Assembly: GCF_001194135.2 (NCBI RefSeq)
Contig: NC_068984.1
Location: 61,510,863 to 61,574,862 of the forward strand
Origin: Octopus bimaculoides
Lineage: Eukaryota
Reading direction: 5' to 3'
Length of the DNA stretch: 64,000 nucleotides
Position 1 is the first letter of the stretch. Each line of letters starts with the position of its first letter. Both the position numbers and the translations under genes were made by a program. Positions 51,741 to 64,000 of this stretch are shown one piece after another. The notes beneath the pieces are model-generated. The model made no database searches. It was not told where the DNA came from and saw only the letters and a program-made list of their open reading frames with translations.

Positions 51741-52548
51741 NNNNNNNNNNNNNNNNNNNNNNNNNNNNNNNNNNNNNNNNNNNNNNNNNNNNNNNNNNNN
51801 NNNNNNNNNNNNNNNNNNNNNNNNNNNNNNNNNNNNNNNNNNNNNNNNNNNNNNNNNNNNNNNNNNNNNNNNNNNNNNNNNNNNNNNNNNNNNNNNNNNN
51901 NNNNNNNNNNNNNNNNNNNNNNNNNNNNNNNNNNNNNNNNNNNNNNNNNNNNNNNNNNNNNNNNNNNNNNNNNNNNNNNNNNNNNNNNNNNNNNNNNNNN
52001 NNNNNNNNNNNNNNNNNNNNNNNNNNNNNNNNNNNNNNNNNNNNNNNNNNNNNNNNNNNNNNNNNNNNNNNNNNNNNNNNNNNNNNNNNNNNNNNNNNNN
52101 NNNNNNNNNNNNNNNNNNNNNNNNNNNNNNNNNNNNNNNNNNNNNNNNNNNNNNNNNNNNNNNNNNNNNNNNNNNNNNNNNNNNNNNNNNNNNNNNNNNN
52201 NNNNNNNNNNNNNNNNNNNNNNNNNNNNNNNNNNTTATTGTATAGGAAACCTACTTCCCAACAATGTTAGTTTAACAATAAATATATTGATAATGACATA
52301 TTTTCACAGAAATAACATAACGCGTATATACGACAAATGTTTAGCTATTCTAATATCATCTTGTTATTTTGAAACTAAATTATTCAATAAATATACCTAT
52401 CAATACAAAATATTTCATCTTCGTACCTCCCTGGCTGTGAATAAAGGGATTAAGCAATAATAAACGAGTATCTGTGTATGTGTATATGTATATACATATC
52501 TGTATATATGTATGTATATGCATATGTATACATATATATATATATATA
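51400..52548. other. ~310-bp direct duplication flanking gap 51741-52234 (probable scaffolding artefact)
   Basis: 51400-~51710 is repeated apparently identically from 52235; both copies end in the same (TA)n. Confidence 0.8.
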
Positions 52549-53673
52549 TACATACATACACAATATATATATACTCACACACGCATATGTTGTCGGATGG
52601 ATTCATATAAACGCTAATTTATTGAATGAAGTTGATTATAGAAATGGTTTCTGTAGATTGTGGAAAGTGTTTACATATTTTTTGCAAACAATCAAAAGGT
52701 TAGAGTAATTTGAACTTTTCACTGATTAAAAAAAAAGCAAACTATACAAAAATAAAACATGTTTAATGTGCTAAGTAAAAAACAAATCATAGAAAAAACA
52801 GCTATAATTCATTACTGTTGTGGCTTAGCCCCAGATAGCCCCAGATTAAAGAAACCCATGTTCAAAATCATTTCCAAGCATAATGGACCTTCCTTTATCG
52901 CTAAAGTGTACATTATCAAACCTTTCTTTTATCAGAGGGGAAGTTGTGATTTAAGTGAGATTTTATATTTAGAGGAGATCGAACGACAGCCTCGTTGGTG
53001 TGTTATCAGGTCGCTTTCCATAAGCAGTTACTTCTATTGTTTGATCTTTGTGTGGAAGCTTAATGACTTTTCTATTAATGCATACTCGGCTAACATTAAG
53101 CAGTATTTCGGAATGTCGACATCATTTAACTACTACTTGAAACCTACAAGGGTAGTTTCACAGAATTTAGATAGCAGATGTTAAGCAAATGACGTCTAGT
53201 CATCTGGTATTTAAAAAGATAGAATAGCGCATTAAATTTTTAATTGATTCATATTTGTAGAAAGACAGATTCAGACAACTAAGGCAATTTTGTTAAAGAG
53301 ATGACTAGGTTAGAAAAGTCTACCAAAATGATTTATTCATGCGTGTGTGTGTGTGTGAGAGTGTGTGTATGCATGTGTGTATGTACGGGAAAAATTAACA
53401 CGGGGCAACTGAGGATCGGCATTTTAGACAGGTTTCTTCTTCAACGTTGAGATAATGTTGCAAAACTACTTTCTGAGCAGCGTAAGGAGTTGCACATTAC
53501 TTACACATCTACTTACTAAACTGTAGTCATACTTCTACCAAATTCAAAAGATAGAACTTGGCAAATTCTGATTTATGCAGGCTTAAACATATTTGGAGTT
53601 GTCTTCATACATGTAATGTTATTTAAAAAATAGTAACTAATATTATATCTCCACTCCCAAATAATTTTCCCAT

Positions 53674-54250
53674 AGGCGCAGGCGTGTCTGTGAGATAAGA
53701 AACTTGGTTCAGTCCCACTTGTGGCACCTTGAGTGTCTCCTACTAAAGATTTGGGCAAACGAAAATCTTGCGAATAGATTTGGCAGACAGAAAGTGAAAG
53801 AATGCACTAATAAAGAAATCATATCCACCATTGCGATGTTGAGCACTCACATTGCTCGTGTGTGTATTTATCGTAGAATTGCTGGCTTTTTGACGCTTTC
53901 GCTTTAATTTGTAGCATGCGGTACTTTTACCCTTCATTTCTTCATATATATGTGTGTGTATGTGTGTGCTTGTGTGTGTGCTTGTGTGTGTGTGTGTGTA
54001 TGTGTGTGTGTGTGTGTGTGTGAGTTTGTGTGTGTTTGTGTGTGTGTGAGTATCTTTGAGTATGTGCCTGATAACCAGTGTTGGTGTCTTTGCATGCCTG
54101 TAAACTAGCAGTTAAGCAAAAAGAGAGCAATAGAACAAGTATGAGGCTTTAAAAATTAGTATTGGGCTCGATTTATTCGACTAAAAAATCAAGGCAGAGT
54201 CCCAGCATGGTCGCAGTCTCATTACTGAGGCAAGGAAAAGATAAAAGATA
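53674..54250 (+). mobile_element. SINE family B, degenerate, with ~130-bp insert and long (TG)n
   Basis: Head AGGCGCAGGCGTGTCTGTG; central GATTTGGCAGACAGAAAGTGAAAGAA; tail CCCAGCATGGTCGCAGTC...AAAAGATAAAAGATA. Confidence 0.7.
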
Positions 54251-54380
54251 TATTTTATAATTTATGCATAAGTTATGTTAAACGTTTAACTATGTTAACA
54301 ATTCTCGTGCAGATGGAGTCATTGTGTAATTCATATAAAGTTTTCTTAAAATTTGTTTTAGAAGAAACTTGCGTATTTGT

Positions 54381-54686
54381 GGAGTCGCAATGGCCCAGTG
54401 GTTAGGGCAGCGGACTCACGATCATAGGATCGCGATTTCGATTCCCAGACCGGGCGCCGGGCGTTGTGAGTGTTTATTGAGCGAAAACACCTAAAGCTCC
54501 ACGAGGCTTCGGCAGGGGATGGTGGCGAACCCTGCTGTACACTTTCACCACAACTTTCTCTCACTCTTACTTCCTGTTTCTGTTGTGCCTGTAATTCAAA
54601 GGCTCAGCCTTGTCACACTCTGTCACGCTGAATATCCTCGAGAACTACGTTAAGGGTACACGTGTCTGTGGAGTGCTCAGCCACTT
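54381..54686 (+). mobile_element. tRNA-derived SINE (family D here), relatively young, truncated by gap
   Basis: A box TGGCCCAGTGG (54391-54401) and B-box-like GATTTCGATTCC (54434-54445), followed by a non-tRNA body; acceptor stem does not close. Confidence 0.8.
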
Positions 54687-55342
54687 NNNNNNNNNNNNNN
54701 NNNNNNNNNNNNNNNNNNNNNNNNNNNNNNNNNNNNNNNNNNNNNNNNNNNNNNNNNNNNNNNNNNNNNNNNNNNNNNNNNNNNNNNNNNNNNNNNNNNN
54801 NNNNNNNNNNNNNNNNNNNNNNNNNNNNNNNNNNNNNNNNNNNNNNNNNNNNNNNNNNNNNNNNNNNNNNNNNNNNNNNNNNNNNNNNNNNNNNNNNNNN
54901 NNNNNNNNNNNNNNNNNNNNNNNNNNNNNNNNNNNNNNNNNNNNNNNNNNNNNNNNNNNNNNNNNNNNNNNNNNNNNNNNNNNNNNNNNNNNNNNNNNNN
55001 NNNNNNNNNNNNNNNNNNNNNNNNNNNNNNNNNNNNNNNNNNNNNNNNNNNNNNNNNNNNNNNNNNNNNNNNNNNNNNNNNNNNNNNNNNNNNNNNNNNN
55101 NNNNNNNNNNNNNNNNNNNNNNNNNNNNNNNNNNNNNNNNNNNNNNNNNNNNNNNNNNNNNNNNNNNNNNNNNNNNNNNNNNNNNNNNNNNNNNNNNNNN
55201 NNNNNNNNNNNNNNNNNNNNNNNNNNNNNNNNNNNNNNNNNNNNNNNNNNNNNNNNNNNNNNNNNNNNNNNNNNNNNNNNNNNNNNNNNNNNNNNNNNNN
55301 NNNNNNNNNNNNNNNNNNNNNNNNNNNNNNNNNNNNNNNNNN

Positions 55343-55392
<50 letters not shown>

Positions 55393-56008
55393 TGAGTGTG
55401 TGTGTGTGTGTGTGTATGTGTGCGTGTGTGTGCTGAATTTCATGTCATAATGTATGTCGTTTATAGTGGTAAGAAGAATCAGTTAATCATTTCTTTCACA
55501 GCGGGAAAAGTAGCTTAATAGCATCTCTGTATATCTAAGAAGGCACGGTAAACCAAGCGTTAACATTTTCAACTATTTGCTCCTTTGTATGTTCTAGCAC
55601 TGTCTTCTAATTTTGTAACATTTTATATTTTCTCTCTTTTAGAGGAATTAGCGATGCAAAAAAGAAAGACATTTCAACTACTAAACTATCTTCACAAATT
55701 ATCCTACAGACTTGAAAACTTATTACTAAACGTTATAATATAATCCTGAATCTGACATGGCAGAGAAAAGGACGAAACGATTAGGAATCCGATGCCGTTC
55801 GTAAAACATCACAAAAATATATGTCGTACGCGTGCGGACGTGATTTAATATTCGTAAGATGTATTATATACATACATGTATACATTTTGTAAAAACAAAT
55901 TTTTGCATGTTTGAGATGAATTTACAACGAACGTTTACATAAAATACTTACATGACATGCCTATACTTATTCCATACTGTTAGAACTGATAGGATTATTA
56001 AGATATAG

Positions 56009-56103
56009 TTCCGCCGGGGTCGACACGTACAGGGATCGATGTTATCAACTAGTCCCACTTCCCCAAATTTCGGATTTTGTGCCTATAGTAGAAAGGACTA
56101 TTA
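56009..56103 (+). mobile_element. internally deleted SINE family A fragment
   Basis: TTCCGCCGGGGTCGAC joined to GGGATCGATGTTATCAACT...GTGCCTATAGTAGAAAGGACTATTA. Confidence 0.7.
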
Positions 56104-56850
56104 AGTCATAGTAATGATATGTAGTATCATATGGGATTTTAACCAACGTGTATAATTGCTGTACTTCCGGTTTTTCGGTTTACAAGGTTGGCTTTCCTTC
56201 AATTTATTTACTGTTCAATATATTAAGAAATTAAGTCATATAGTGATTTATTATATAATGAATATTTTGGAATACAAATATCACTAACTTTTATTTATTT
56301 TGTATTGTCCAGTATGGGCGCAGAATTGATTATACTGCCTAATTAATGAAAACCGATTACCTACATCCGTAGACGAAGCCCCGAACCCACCCCGAAAAAA
56401 ACCCCAAAAAACTATTGAGCATTTAGTCTCGGATATTTTCAAATGCAGAAATTATTATTCTTTCCACTAAATAACATTGCAATTATCATAATATATAATT
56501 GGTATGAACGGACGCCTCAGACTATTTCGACAAGTTTATTTTCTAAGCCAAAACAATGTTCTTCTTGATAATTATTACAGAAGTAATGAATGTGTGTTGC
56601 ATATTAAATATATATATNNNNNNNNNNNNNNNNNNNNNNNNNNNNNNNNNNNNNNNNNNNNNNNNNNNNNNNNNNNNNNNNNNNNNNNNNNNNNNNNNNN
56701 NNNNNNNNNNNNNNNNNNNNNNNNNNNNNNNNNNNNNNNNNNNNNNNNNNNNNNNNNNNNNNNNNNNNNNNNNNNNNNNNNNNNNNNNNNNNNNNNNNNN
56801 NNATATATATATGTCTTTATATCTAGCGCTTTCTCTTTCTGCCAGGCTGT

Positions 56851-56851
56851 C

Positions 56852-56923
<72 letters not shown>

Positions 56924-56944
56924 GCTAGCTAGCTAGCTATCTCT
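56851..56944. repeat. (TCTA)n grading into (GCTA)n
   Basis: Directly visible. Confidence 0.95.
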
Positions 56945-58434
56945 ATGTGCTTACCTATCCACATAGCTACCTAACTACTTGTCCATCTATATCATACATC
57001 CTTTCAACTTTTATTGTCTTTGTTTTTCAGTCTTCACACGTAGAGACGTATGCACACAGACACACACACACACGTATGTGCAAATGCTCACACGCACACG
57101 CATATGATATGAAAATTCTGACACACATATATGTATATGTGTGTGTAACACACTTATGTAGTCATGCCTGCCCATATATACTTGTTATTGAAAATAATAT
57201 GATAGAAAGCTTCAAAATATGAATAATGTTGATGAACACAATACTACTACAAATAACAAACGAGACAATTATCTGAAGAAAAAAAAAAAAGAAGCATGGA
57301 AATTGTTTTTACAAACCTTGCCACTTGAAGTCCTTTTTGCACCTAACAAAAATGGCTAACACTTCTATGTGAATTTCTTAACTAGGATGATGAAAATATA
57401 GCCAAAAAATAATTACCAGTAGAATTAGTTTTATTGTCTGAGATAATTTCCAATCGAATATAACAAATAATATGATAGATTATACTTGACTGAAACAAGA
57501 AGACGCTACATAGCTAATCAAAAAAAAAAAAAAAAATAATAATAATATGTATTCAATCAAAGGCTCTTCAGTCAGTGTCAAGGTCTTAAAACTCTAAACA
57601 AGTCATTTTCGTATCTATAAACGAGAAATATGTAGAAGCATAATGCTACTATACATATAAAATATTTTGATGAAAACATGTCATCCTTATGACTAATGTG
57701 TTACTCATCGAGAGTGATTTAAATCTTTGTGTATTCTTTTGCAAGTACCCAAACCATTAAATTTCACATTATATCATTGCATCTCTTATTATGGCTTCGC
57801 TCAATTAGAGATGATATTGTACTAAATAATAATGACTATATCCATCAGCATTATTTATGGTGAGTTTTCTGTTAGAAAAGTTTTGCTTGTAGCTGGCAAA
57901 GTTTGGGTTCTGCGAAGCCTACCGATTGTCGTCAGGAATTGTTATACATGATACAGATAGTGGATATCATCATTACAGGCTATTAGTAATACCATGTGTG
58001 CAATTATAGCGATAACAACCCACGATCTTCGACTGCTTATTGAATATATACATGTACTGCTCGCAGCTCTCAAAAACCAAGGGAAGTTAATTAATGGATT
58101 CCTATGACTTTACTGACCGCAAATTTGACGTCGCTGTTCTTGTTTAAGAACAATAAATTTGTAATTTGCAAACGGCTAGAGAAACTCATCAGATTAATGT
58201 ATAATCGTTTCATCATCACACACACACATACGCACATAGGTTTATATATATATATATATATATATACACAAGCATGCAAAGTTCTGTTGTGTCTTGGGAG
58301 AGGCATTCTCTTTTGATGCCTTATAATTTAACACACTCACCGGTAAAGTTTCCATTTATTTATTTATTTATTTTCTAGAATTTTCGTTGCATCTTGTAAC
58401 CTTTTCAACAACTATAGAAAAGGTNNNNNNNNNN

Positions 58435-58599
58435 TTAACACACTCACCGGTAAAGTTTCCATTTATTTATTTATTTTCTAGAATTTTCGTTGCATCTTGT
58501 AACCTTTTCAACAACTATAGAAAAGGTTGCAAGACACAACGAAAATTTTAGAAAAATAAATAAGTAAATGAGTGGAAACTTTGGCGGTGAGTATGTTAG
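58435..58599. mobile_element. palindromic MITE (~77-bp arms, 10-nt loop), possibly piggyBac-type; partial duplicate at 58328-58424 across a 10-N gap
   Basis: TTAA-CACACTCACCGGTAAAGTTTCCA...TTTTCGTTGCATCTTGTAACCTTTTC-AACAACTATA-GAAAAGGTTGCAAGACACAACGAAAA...TGGAAACTTTGGCGGTGAGTATG-TTAG. TTAA/TTAG flanks suggest a TTAA TSD. Confidence 0.8.
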
Positions 58600-60164
58600 A
58601 TTGTAAGACACTAAAAGAGAATGACTTTCCCCAGACACAACAGAATATGCTTCAACACATGAACTCACATAACGAATCTGGAAGTCCAAATCCACATGCA
58701 AGGTGTTTATATCTATACAAAGTATTTTATCGGCTCACAAATCAAATGAATATAGCTTGAATGAGCCTTCTGTTAATGTGTCTATGATTAATCTCTTTGA
58801 TTCAGGAGAAACGAGTAGTTATAATCTTTCTCATGTCTATGATGGAAGAATATCGTGTTGCAAATTTAACTCTTAATTCAAGACATTTAATGACTTCTCT
58901 GAAAGAAAATTTGTACTATACAAACTGAAAGTTCAGTCAGAGTCTAGAATGCTGCTTGATTTTAATCACGTGTGTAGGCTTTAATCATACAAACTAATCA
59001 TAAACTTTGTAAACAAATATGGAATATATAGTAAATTATGAAAAATTACGCACATAGATTTTATGTCTATGGATTACAGCTAGAAGGCTTATTTATATCG
59101 TTGAGATTAAATTTGTTAACGCAAAGTTTAGTATTGTGAATAAATTCTAGAAGCATGTGATTAAAGTGAAAGACTTTTAACTACTCATATGTAGTTCATA
59201 ACATTTTATCAACTAAATTACAGATAGCTATTTAATCGTCTCCGGTTGCACATAAATACACGGCAAACTAAAATGTCGTGTAGCTAACGTATAGCAGAAA
59301 TATGTATAGGTGAACATCACTTAATATTTTAAGGAAGTGTTCCTCTGTATCATCGCGAACCAAAAGTGCACACACTTAAAGAAATATAGAGAATATAAAT
59401 AATAATAGGGTATGTCTTATCGTCATCCTCTAAGGCGAATGTTCAAATAAATTTTTACTTTTATTTTATTAGCATCTCTTTTATAAATCTTATATATTTT
59501 CATCCCTAAGTTTTTCTGTTGTGGCCATATATACTCTATTCTGGTAATTTCTAATGCCAACTGGATTACCCTCTCCCGCCGATTTGATTTCTATTATTTT
59601 TGTATTAATATCTGTGTATTTTTCTTCTTAGTATCTTATATTGTTTTAACCGTCACCCTCTTCCTTCTTTGGACACTCTCCTTCTAGCTCATATAAGCTA
59701 GTATTGTTTATTTAGCATTCACTCTACCCTGAATTGTGGCACAATATGGACAGATTTCGGAGTACCGATGAACTTTTATGTAAATGTATCAACTTAAAGA
59801 TATTACAAGGTTTATTACAATGGATATTACAATGGACAGTACCAAATGGAAACTCACCTTTTATCTCTCATGTTTCTCCCACTTTTACTTTGTTCTTGGT
59901 GACTTCTTTGTGATATAATACTTGGGAAAGAATATATTTGCGGCTGAAGATAGCTTTATACCATCATGTCTATCAATTATACAACAATATAATGATGCAA
60001 CGACTATAAAGCTTGAAACACGTGTACCGCGGAATCCTTTGTGTTTTGTTTTTATTTTTACATTTTAAAATATATGTATATATATATATATATATATATN
60101 NNNNNNNNNNNNNNNNNNNNNNNNNNNNNNNNNNNNNNNNNNNNNNNNNNNNNNNNATATACTA

Positions 60165-60890
60165 CATCATCCCAATCACCTCTCCTCTCTTGCTCCCACT
60201 CCTACTTCTCTTAACTTGTACCCATCTTCTGCCTCCTTCATCATCAACCCTTCCTCGTCAACCCTTCCTCGTAAGTCCACTCCACAGCTACACCTTCCAG
60301 CCCCACCTTCCCTATCCTTCCCATACCACCCGACCCCATCCCTTACACCCACTCCCACATACCCCAACTCTACACCCACCCTCTGCCTACCCACATGCCA
60401 CAACCTCAGCCTAACCCGCACCCCATCCTTGCTTTCCCCACTCTTGCCTCCCCACCTCCCAACACCATACCACACAAAACATCACATCACACCAACACAC
60501 ACATGCCAGCACTGACGAACTCGCAGCCCCACATTTTTACACCTACACATACACACACTCACACGTCAAGATTACCAGCCCTCTTCCACGCGCACATACG
60601 AAGTCTCTTATACACACGCACGTGCACCTTCATTTAAGGATCACTACTACTTTATTTCTCCCCTTCTTCTTAGCTCTCATGTGTGATCCTCCTGTCAGGC
60701 ATTTGCCATGATAGATCGCTAGCCACTACACATTCTTTTTTTCTCTCCTTGTTTCTTTCTATATTCCTTTCTGTGGAAGAGCGTATGCTCGAAACGTTAT
60801 AGACTTTTTCCCTTCCCGAGCGTTATACTAATATCTTTGTTCGTTGTCTACACCACCTGTCTTCGTCTGTTTTTTGTGAATTCTCCTATC
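60165..60890 (+). mobile_element. C-rich degenerate tract plus Penelope-like terminal (pseudo-LTR) region
   Basis: Strongly C/A-biased low-complexity tract, then GATAGATCGCTAGCCACTACAC...CTGTGGAAGAGCGTATGCTCGAAACGTT. PLE assignment is inferred from the hammerhead-like motif. Confidence 0.45.
60767..60802 (+). ncRNA. variant or decayed minimal hammerhead motif
   Basis: CUUU CUGUGGA A GAGC-GUAU-GCUC GAA ACGU U| AUAG. A6 is replaced by U, stem III is the palindrome ACGU, stem I pairs 3/4. Confidence 0.5.
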
Positions 60891-60909
60891 TCTTTCTCTT
60901 TCGTTCTCT

Positions 60910-60993
<84 letters not shown>

Positions 60994-61020
60994 AGCATAC
61001 ACACATACATACATATACAC

Positions 61021-61160
61021 TACGATCTTTCAGTTTCCGTCTACCAAATTTACTCACAGCGCTTTAGTTACCTGTGGTCTAATCTAGAAGAAGGCACTTC
61101 TTCAGGTACCATGAAGTGAAACTGGACTTGGAACCATAAATTGGGAAACTAACTTCTTAA
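61021..61160 (-). mobile_element. SINE family B 5' half
   Basis: CTTTCAGTTTCCGTCTACCAAATTTACTCACA...GGAACCAT...CTTCTTAAC. Confidence 0.7.
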
Positions 61161-61200
61161 CTTCTTATTACAAAGTCACACCTGTGACAATTTATATATA

Positions 61201-62065
61201 TCAGGTTGCTTAAAATTAAGCAACATCTTGAAACATGAAATTCATCACAGTATATTTCAAGAAGGCGGACATTTTCTTCATCACAGTAATTATCATTACA
61301 GTCAACACATTTTTGCCAACGAGTTACATGTTTGTTTATTTCGGTAATATAAAAATTTGCAGTTTTGGAGCTGATGAACTCTTTCAACGCACTTTCAGCA
61401 TGGGTTTGAATTTTTAACACCCTCTCGCGCAGGAAACCATCAAGGTGCTTGAAAACGTGGTAGTCAGTAGGAGAAAGGTCTTGGAAATAAGCTGGGTGGG
61501 GAAGAACTTCGTAGTCAACATCCCGCAACTTCTGGAGCGTCATTAGTGAAACGCGAGGTCGGGCATTGTCATGAAAAATGATTGTCCCTCTTCTGTTGAT
61601 CGGTCTGGTACGGAGGAGTAAAAGTTTTAAGTTTACTTAGGCAATTTCATGACGATACACTCAAGAAATTAGTCTGTCTGGTTACGGATAAAAAGGGACG
61701 AGCAAATTTAATATCTGCAAATTTTTTGGTTGTCATTCAAATAGTGTGGTACCAATTTGTCGAGCTTTTTGATTTTCTGATCTCATGCAAATGATTGCAG
61801 GCAGTTTTCAGGCTAACTTGAATTTCTTTTGCCAGTTCTCGAGTAGTTTTACGTGTTTCATTCTCAATGGCGGTTTTTTTATTAACCGTCATTGATGACA
61901 GATGAGCGCCCACTACGCTCACGATCTTCAAGGTTCAGGTCTCCACTGCGAAATCGTTTAAACTATTTTCGAGGTGACCACACACTGGTTATTTCCTCAC
62001 CAAACTGCTTTAGGTCCGTTTTTGAAGTTGAATAGCAAAGTTGCTCGAATATCTGTTCCATTTCA
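61201..62065 (-). mobile_element. mariner (DD34D) transposon relic, internally deleted
   Basis: DIRATLLFNFKNG...; RKTTRELAKEIQVSLKTACNHLHEIRKSK; IIFHDNARPRVS; LPHPAYFQDLSPTDYHVFKHLD (YSPDLAP-like)...RWQKCVDCNDNY. One TIR-like end at 61201. Confidence 0.9.
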
Positions 62066-62071
62066 GATTAT

Positions 62072-63110
62072 TGTAACAACGATTTCTTTATTGCTCACAG
62101 GGGACCAAACATAGAGCAACTGTACAAATGAGGAAGGGGTCAATATTACGTATGGTTTTTACACAGAGATGAAAAGTTAAAGATTTTTATTGATCGAATG
62201 ATAAACAAAATGATAAGCAAAACAAATACACAAACAATAAAGTGGAAGACGGGTTTTGATTCCACGCCGCAAGCTCCGTGTCACCACTGTAACCATTAGC
62301 ATAATCTTATGGACATACTATGTGGGTTCATTCATTCACAACACACTGGCCACAGCCTTTCATCTTTTTTCCATATACATCAGGTGACAGGCATTTTCTC
62401 TCCACCCTTATTTTCCTCTTAAGGTGGTAGATAAGGTAATGGACCAATCCAAGGCTGGAGATGAATGTGCCTGTCACGATTCCTTTCACGCGGGTCTTCC
62501 ACACCACTTCTTTCGCTATAGCGACCACAGCGAGAAAGCGAGCCTTGCCTCCTTTGTTAAAAGAGGCAGGAGGAACAATCTTTACAATCGACTCGGAAGA
62601 CAGTTGTACTTTTCCAGCCGTGACAGCAGATGTTCAACGTAAACCCACATCGCAGAGATTTGGGGGCATTGCACAACTGCGTGGAGACCGGCTTTCTTGT
62701 CATGCTCACATCTTGGGCACGTGGGTGCGCAAGGGACACCATGCTTTGCGAGTTTATTGCGAACTGGTAAGGCTCATCGGTAACACTGACTGGCTAGGGA
62801 TCCCTGGAAGTTATCTAAGGGTCCTGGCCTGAAGGTCCAGAACAGACTGGCTAGTTGAACATCATCAAAGCCTAGAGACTTCCTAAGGCCCTCGTCACAC
62901 TGAGCCTCTACTAGTCCTCTATAGAAAGACGAGGTGGAACCCCCGCCGCTGACGTTGCCCGTGTGACAGAGAAGCTTGAGTTCCTCACAAAACTCCGCTT
63001 GCCTATCAGCCAAATTTGGTCTACACTTGACCGAAGGTCCTTGTTCACTCATACTAGTAAGCTCAGGAAGTAACTCACGCCATTTCCAATCCGAATAATA
63101 CTTCACTCAA
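62072..63110 (-). mobile_element. L1/Tx1-like LINE 3' fragment (ORF2 C-terminus, 3' UTR, AATAAA)
   Basis: ...DNFQGSLASQCYR*ALPVRNKLAKHGVPCAPTCPRCEHDKKAGLHAVVQCP (CxxC-x7-H-x4-C zinc knuckle)...KEVVWKTRVKG. Minus strand ends CCCCTGTGAGCAATAAAGAAATCGTTGTT. Confidence 0.8.
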
Positions 63111-63969
63111 TCCTACATCTTTGAGCATTTAGTACTTGGTATATATATACGTAATACCCTGAGATTAAATTTAACGTGTTCTGCCGATTCAGATAGCAGT
63201 GAATCGGTTTATGTAAATGATGAAATGAAAGAAAAACTGCCAGGAATTTAAGATTGCTGGGATAATCAAAATACATGAGAGATTATCTCATTTGAATTCC
63301 TAGGTGTCATATCGAATGAAAGGTTGTCTTCACTCTTTACTCACGCTTTCATTCAAATGCTTCTACACTTCATCTTCAAACGTCTTACTGTCTCAATGGA
63401 ATTGAGACAGATTAAGATTAAGATTATGGTATCATATCTGTACGTCACTCTACGAATCTGTGACACCTTAAAGTAGTTTGTCATTGATAATCCAATGTTC
63501 CGTTCTGTACACTACATCGTATAAACTTATGCGTCAGCAAAGGTGATGGTATCTAAGATTTTTCATCAAATCTGTTTCATGTTATTCAAATACATTTTTT
63601 TTAGAAATTATTGTGACCTCTAACAACTCAATCCTGATTACTGCAACGAAATGTCATTCTCATACATCACACATGATTCTGTAACATTTAAACCTGTTCC
63701 CTATTTTGCTTCAACAGTTTTCTAACATGCCTTTTCTTATCAAAATATAAATAATTCCACGACAAATTATCTTCTCTTGTCATTATTTCCCGCCTAACAT
63801 ATACACTTTACATTCATACTTCATTAAATGAACTTGCTAATTGTGCTTTGAATTATTTCTTTTCCTTCATATCCAGCTAATTTTAATTTCAATATTATCC
63901 CAGTTATAGCTGTATTATTTCTTAATTTACCAGCCAATGTGTTCTTATCTGTCATTGTTAGAATCAATA

Positions 63970-64000
<31 letters not shown>

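Noticed and set aside
52759-53184. 141-aa plus ORF
   Set aside because: No recognisable domain; partly overlaps what looks like a dispersed repeat (TTAGCCCCAGATAGCCCC...).
54381-54455. Possible tRNA gene
   Set aside because: A and B boxes are present but there is no closing acceptor stem and a SINE body follows; treated as a SINE head.

Overview
AT-rich, repeat-dominated eukaryotic genomic DNA, most likely from an octopus (coleoid cephalopod). The species call is an inference from the tRNA-headed SINE families, compound (CA)/(TA)/(TACA)/(GA) microsatellites and short-read gap pattern, not a database result. About 5.8 kb (14 N-runs) is unsequenced, so ORF-track entries made of X, HT/CV, YI or ER runs are artefacts. 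I found no confidently identifiable host protein-coding gene, rRNA, bona fide tRNA or CRISPR array; a few short candidate exons are listed at low confidence. The window is a transposon graveyard: about 25 SINE copies or fragments from four apparent families, three IS630-Tc1-mariner relics, an RTE LINE nested inside an R4/Dong-like element, two L1/Tx1-like ORF2 fragments, a Penelope GIY-YIG fragment, a non-autonomous Helitron with internal tandem repeats, and three fold-back MITEs. The most interesting signals are three type I hammerhead-ribozyme motifs of the Penelope pseudo-LTR kind. One has an intact core and lies in the spacer of a ~460-bp fold-back element. A mariner derivative built from two inverted 5' ends also stands out.
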